Source: Sphingobium sp.
Lineage (GTDB): Bacteria; Pseudomonadota; Alphaproteobacteria; Sphingomonadales; Sphingomonadaceae
DNA length: 64,000 nt
Direction: 5' to 3'
Assembly: GCA_009360885.1 (NCBI GenBank)
Contig: SPEL01000006.1
Location: forward strand, 6,303-70,302
Below the pieces are notes generated by a model. The model had not been told where the DNA came from. It made no database searches and worked only from the letters and a program-made list of their open reading frames with translations. Below are positions 59,841 through 64,000 of this stretch, piece after piece. Both the position numbers and the translations under genes were made by a program. Within the stretch, counting starts at the first letter, position 1, and every line of letters begins with the position of its first letter.

Positions 59841-60572
59841 ATGAGCGAAACAGTATCCTTCGGCTATCGCGATGTCGATGCCAGTGAGAAAGCCGGCATG
59901 GTCCGGTCCGTCTTTTCCGGCGTAGCCAGCAGCTATGACCTGATGAATGATGCCATGTCGGGCGGTATGCATCGCCTGTGGAAAGATCAGTTCGTTTCCC
60001 GCGTCAAACCACGCAAAGATGAAGCGATTCTCGATATGGCGGGCGGCACCGGCGACATTGCCTTTCGCATGCACAAATATGGCGCACAGATCACCGTTTC
60101 CGACATCAACCCGGAAATGCTCGCCGTAGGGCAGGAGCGTGCGAAAAAGCGCGGCATTGAAGATCTGAAATGGTCTGAACAAAATGCCGAAGAACTGACC
60201 TTCGATGATCGCAGCTTTAACGCCTACACCATCGCCTTTGGCATTCGTAACGTCACCTTCATTGATAAAGCGCTGCGTGAGGCCCACCGTGTATTGAAAT
60301 ATGGCGGGCGTTTTTATTGCCTGGAATTTTCGACGACCACATGGCCGGGCTTTTCGGATATTTACGATAAATATTCGCATAAGCTGGTGCCGAAGCTAGG
60401 CAAAATGCTCGCCAATGATGAAGAAAGCTATCGCTACCTCATCGAATCCATTCGCCGCTTTCCGCCCATGCCGGAATTTGAACGGATGATAAAAGAGGCT
60501 GGCTTCACCCAAACAAAGGTGGAACCCATTTTGGGCGGTCTCGTCGCTATCCATAGCGGCTGGAAGGCCTGA
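59841..60572 (+). CDS. ubiE: Ubiquinone/menaquinone C-methyltransferase
   Basis: YDLMNDAMSGGMHRLWK, LDMAGGTGD, AFGIRNV, YLIESIRRFP. Confidence 0.96.
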   Translation: MSETVSFGYRDVDASEKAGMVRSVFSGVASSYDLMNDAMSGGMHRLWKDQFVSRVKPRKDEAILDMAGGTGDIAFRMHKYGAQITVSDINPEMLAVGQERAKKRGIEDLKWSEQNAEELTFDDRSFNAYTIAFGIRNVTFIDKALREAHRVLKYGGRFYCLEFSTTTWPGFSDIYDKYSHKLVPKLGKMLANDEESYRYLIESIRRFPPMPEFERMIKEAGFTQTKVEPILGGLVAIHSGWKA

Positions 60573-60582
60573 TACCAGCATC

Positions 60583-62121
60583 ATGACGGCCCATATCACG
60601 CATCTCTGGCGGCTCCTCACATGGGGGCGCACCCTTGCACGGCATGGTGCATTAATGGGGATAGAGCGCGATCCGCTCGCCCCCGCACCGGTGCGCCGCC
60701 TTGCGCGTATTGCGCGTTTCGGGGTGCGTGTGCCGAAACAGCCCCATTATGCCGAGGCATTTCAGGCCATTGGCCCTGCCGCCATCAAGCTGGGGCAAAC
60801 CCTCGCCACCCGGCCTGATCTGGTAGGGGAAGAAGCCGCCGATGATCTGCTGAAATTGCAGGATGCGCTACCGCCGGTTCCCTTTGCCGGTATTCGCGCC
60901 CAAATAGAAAGCACGCTGGGCCGCCCGATTGAGGAACTATTCAGCAGCTTTGATGAGGTGCCGGTGGGCGCAGCCTCCATCGCGCAAGTACACCGCGCCG
61001 TCACTACCGATGGCCGCGATGTCGCCGTCAAGGTGCAGCGCCCCGGTGTCGCAAACCAGTTTAACCGCGATATTCAGACCTATGAATGGGCCGCCGCGCA
61101 TCTGGAAAAGCTGGGCGGAGAAGTTTCCCGCCTACGCCCGCGCCTTGTCATCGCCAATTTCAAGCGCTGGACCGCGCGGGAACTGGATTTGCGGCGAGAG
61201 GCCGCCTCTTCCTCCGAACTCGCCGAGGCTATGCAGTCTGAACCGGGCTATGTCGTTCCCGCCATCGACTGGGACCGCACATCGGGCCGCGTGATGACGA
61301 TGGAATGGATAAACGGCATCAAAATATCGGATCGCGCGGCCATTATCGCGGCCGGGCATGATACGAAATTGCTGGCAGAGCGCCTCGTCAACACCTTCTT
61401 GCGACAGGCCATTGCCGATGGGTTTTTCCATGCGGATATGCATCAGGGCAATTTATTCGTCACGCCAGAGGGGAATATCGCCGCGATTGATTTTGGCATT
61501 ATGGGCCGCATCAACCGTCAGGCGCGCCTGTGGCTGGCGGAAATTCTCTATGGGCTGATTACCGGCAATTATCGCCGCGTCGCAGAAATCCATTTTGAGG
61601 CGCAATATGTGCCTTCGCACCATAATGTCGCGGAATTCACCACCGCCCTGCGCGCCGTGGGGGAACCGATGCGCGGTAAATCCGTGCGGGATCTCTCCGT
61701 TGGGCAGATGCTCGATGGCCTGTTCGCCATCACCCGTGACTTTGATATGCAAACCCAGCCGCATCTCCTCCTCCTGCAAAAGACGATGGTGATGGTGGAA
61801 GGCGTGGCGACAATGCTGGACCCGGACATCAACCTGTGGGAAACCAGCGGCCCTTATGTACAGAGCTGGTTGCGCGATGAACTGGGGCCAGAGGCCAAGA
61901 TCGCAGACGCGCTCATCGAAAATCTGCAAACATTGCAGCGCATCCCTGATCTTGTCCGACGGATAGAGGAGAAATTCCCTGCCCCCGGTGGCGCGCCCCC
62001 CGCCCCGCCTCTGCCAGAAGTGAAGCTGATGGAGTTTAAGGGCGGCGGGTTTCTGCGTTATGGAACGGTTGCGGCATTAGCAGCGGCGGCTGGCGCAGCG
62101 GCGATGCACCTGCTAGGGTGA
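60583..62121 (+). CDS. ubiB: UbiB protein kinase-like ubiquinone biosynthesis protein
   Basis: IKLGQ, AASIAQVH, VAVKVQRP, FFHADMHQGN, IDFG. Confidence 0.96.
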   Translation: MTAHITHLWRLLTWGRTLARHGALMGIERDPLAPAPVRRLARIARFGVRVPKQPHYAEAFQAIGPAAIKLGQTLATRPDLVGEEAADDLLKLQDALPPVPFAGIRAQIESTLGRPIEELFSSFDEVPVGAASIAQVHRAVTTDGRDVAVKVQRPGVANQFNRDIQTYEWAAAHLEKLGGEVSRLRPRLVIANFKRWTARELDLRREAASSSELAEAMQSEPGYVVPAIDWDRTSGRVMTMEWINGIKISDRAAIIAAGHDTKLLAERLVNTFLRQAIADGFFHADMHQGNLFVTPEGNIAAIDFGIMGRINRQARLWLAEILYGLITGNYRRVAEIHFEAQYVPSHHNVAEFTTALRAVGEPMRGKSVRDLSVGQMLDGLFAITRDFDMQTQPHLLLLQKTMVMVEGVATMLDPDINLWETSGPYVQSWLRDELGPEAKIADALIENLQTLQRIPDLVRRIEEKFPAPGGAPPAPPLPEVKLMEFKGGGFLRYGTVAALAAAAGAAAMHLLG

Positions 62122-62154
62122 AACCAATATTAAGGCCCCACGAAGGATCCAGTC

Positions 62155-63408
62155 ATGGAAAAGCGCATATTGCTGATCGTGTCGGGTGGGATCGCCGCCT
62201 ATAAATCGCTGGAGCTGGTACGGCTGCTCCGCGCTGATGGCTTTGCAGCGCGGGCGGTGATGACGCAAAGCGCCCATGAATTTGTGACGCCGCTATCGCT
62301 TAGCACCCTGACCGAAGATCATGTCTATAGTGACCTGTTTGACCTGAAGGATGAGCGGGAAATCGGCCATATTCAGCTATCACGGCAGGCCGATTTACTG
62401 GTTGTCTGCCCGGCGACCGCCAATATCCTTGCGAAAATGGCAAATGGTATCGCCGATGATCTGGCGACCACCCTCCTCCTTGCCACTGACAAGCCGGTGC
62501 TGGCGGTCCCGGCGATGAATATGCGCATGTGGGGCCACGCCGCGACCCGCCGCAATGTCGCGCAGTTGGAGGCCGATGGCATCCACATCATGCAGCCTGA
62601 TGAGGGCGCGATGGCCTGCGGCGAATGGGGGCCGGGTCGCCTGCCTGACCCCGCCGCCATATTGGGTGAAATCCGCCGTTTACTGGGAACGGGTGCGACG
62701 CCGCAACGCATTGGCATGCCGCCCCTTATCACCGAGGAAAAGCACCCACTCGCGGGCAAGCATGTGCTGGTGACAGCCGGCCCAACCCATGAGCCGATTG
62801 ACCCCGTCCGTTACATCGCCAACCGCTCATCCGGCAAGCAGGGCTTTGCCATTGCCGCCGCCGCCGCGCGTGCTGGAGCGCGGGTAACATTGGTTGCGGG
62901 GCCGGTGGACCTGCCCACCCCGCAAGGCGTCACACGCATTGATGTGGTGACGGCGCGTGAAATGCTCTCCGCCACCGAAAATGCGCTGCCCGCGGATGTC
63001 GGCATCATGGTCGCCGCTGTGGCGGATTGGCGCGTGGCGGAGGAAGCCGGACAAAAGATCAAGAAAGATGGTAGCGGCGCACCGGCTCCGCTCCCCCTCA
63101 CCGAGAACCCCGATATATTGGCGACCATTGCCATCAGCGCCAATCGTCCCACCCTGCTGGTGGGCTTTGCCGCCGAAACCGAAAATGTCATTGCCCATGC
63201 GCAGGCGAAGCTCGCCCGCAAAGGGTGCGACATCATCGTCGCCAATGATGTATCCGGCGCGCTAGGAGAAAGCGTGATGGGCGGGGAGCGCAACCGCGTT
63301 CACATCGTCACGGCGGATACAGTCGAAAGCTGGGATGATCTGCCTAAGGAAGATGTCGCACAAAGGCTGGTCGATCATATCATTGATCGTCTATCAGGGC
63401 AGGCATGA
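62155..63408 (+). CDS. coaBC: Phosphopantothenoylcysteine decarboxylase/synthetase
   Basis: [51 protein letters not shown]. Confidence 0.97.
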   Translation: MEKRILLIVSGGIAAYKSLELVRLLRADGFAARAVMTQSAHEFVTPLSLSTLTEDHVYSDLFDLKDEREIGHIQLSRQADLLVVCPATANILAKMANGIADDLATTLLLATDKPVLAVPAMNMRMWGHAATRRNVAQLEADGIHIMQPDEGAMACGEWGPGRLPDPAAILGEIRRLLGTGATPQRIGMPPLITEEKHPLAGKHVLVTAGPTHEPIDPVRYIANRSSGKQGFAIAAAAARAGARVTLVAGPVDLPTPQGVTRIDVVTAREMLSATENALPADVGIMVAAVADWRVAEEAGQKIKKDGSGAPAPLPLTENPDILATIAISANRPTLLVGFAAETENVIAHAQAKLARKGCDIIVANDVSGALGESVMGGERNRVHIVTADTVESWDDLPKEDVAQRLVDHIIDRLSGQA

Positions 63409-63860
63409 ATAGCCCGATAGAGATTCGCATCAAGCGCCTTCCCCATGGAGAAGGACTTCCCCTGCCCGCCTACGCCACCGCAGGCGCGGCAGGTATGGAT
63501 ATTGTCGCCGCCGAAAATGTGACGATCCCCCCAATGGGGCGCTATGCCGTCGCCACAGGCTTTGCCATCGCCATCCCGGATGGATATGAGGTGCAGGTGC
63601 GCCCCCGCTCTGGCCTCGCGCTAAAGCATGGCATTTCCCTGCCCAATACCCCCGGCACGATCGACAGCGATTATCGCGGGGAACTCAAAGTCATCATGAT
63701 TAATCTGGACGACGCGGATTTCGCCATAGCGCGCGGCGACCGCATTGCGCAGCTCGTGGTTGCACCGGTGCAAATCGCGACCTTTGCCGAGGCAGAAGAG
63801 CTGGATGATACCGCACGCGGTACAGGCGGTTTTGGCTCCACCGGGGTGAAAAGCGCATGA
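63405..63860 (+). CDS. dut: dUTP diphosphatase
   Basis: [34 protein letters not shown]. Confidence 0.98.
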   Translation: MNSPIEIRIKRLPHGEGLPLPAYATAGAAGMDIVAAENVTIPPMGRYAVATGFAIAIPDGYEVQVRPRSGLALKHGISLPNTPGTIDSDYRGELKVIMINLDDADFAIARGDRIAQLVVAPVQIATFAEAEELDDTARGTGGFGSTGVKSA

Positions 63861-64000
63861 GCGTTCATACGCTCAGTGACGACCAGCTTGACCGTTATGC
63901 CCGCCATATTGTCCTCAAAGAAATTGGCGGAATGGGCCAGCGCCGTTTGCTCGGCGGGCATGTCACCATCATCGGTGCGGGCGGCATCGGCAGTCCGGCC
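63857..64000 (+). CDS. HesA/MoeB/ThiF family adenylyltransferase (3' truncated)
   Basis: Translated by hand: [41 protein letters not shown]. Confidence 0.88.
   Translation, partial: MSVHTLSDDQLDRYARHIVLKEIGGMGQRRLLGGHVTIIGAGGIGSPA

Overview
Alphaproteobacterial chromosome segment; gene content and order suggest Sphingomonadaceae. Core blocks are tldD-ubiL-like, hsp20, pyrG-secG-tpiA, ppiD-trpEGDC-lexA, comEC, gltX-gltA, lnt-metK, trmB, uvrA and mutM/ubiE-ubiB-coaBC-dut. Between them lies a ~16.4 kb RcGTA-like gene transfer agent head-tail cluster (27376-43810, minus strand) with no integrase, replication or lysis genes. Main points of interest: (1) an orphan LuxR regulator sits between the GTA terminase and portal genes; (2) intrinsic terminators lie in the GTA leader and on both sides of the capsid gene, suggesting antitermination control; (3) an rnk gene with a leaderless 21-aa leader peptide and hairpin lies immediately upstream of the GTA; (4) a His-less kinase, a degenerate transferase and a His-less Hpt form a cluster divergent from a TipN/GPR-like coiled-coil gene; (5) there is a candidate structured ncRNA after metK. 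All assignments come from reading motifs by eye; no database search or folding computation was run.
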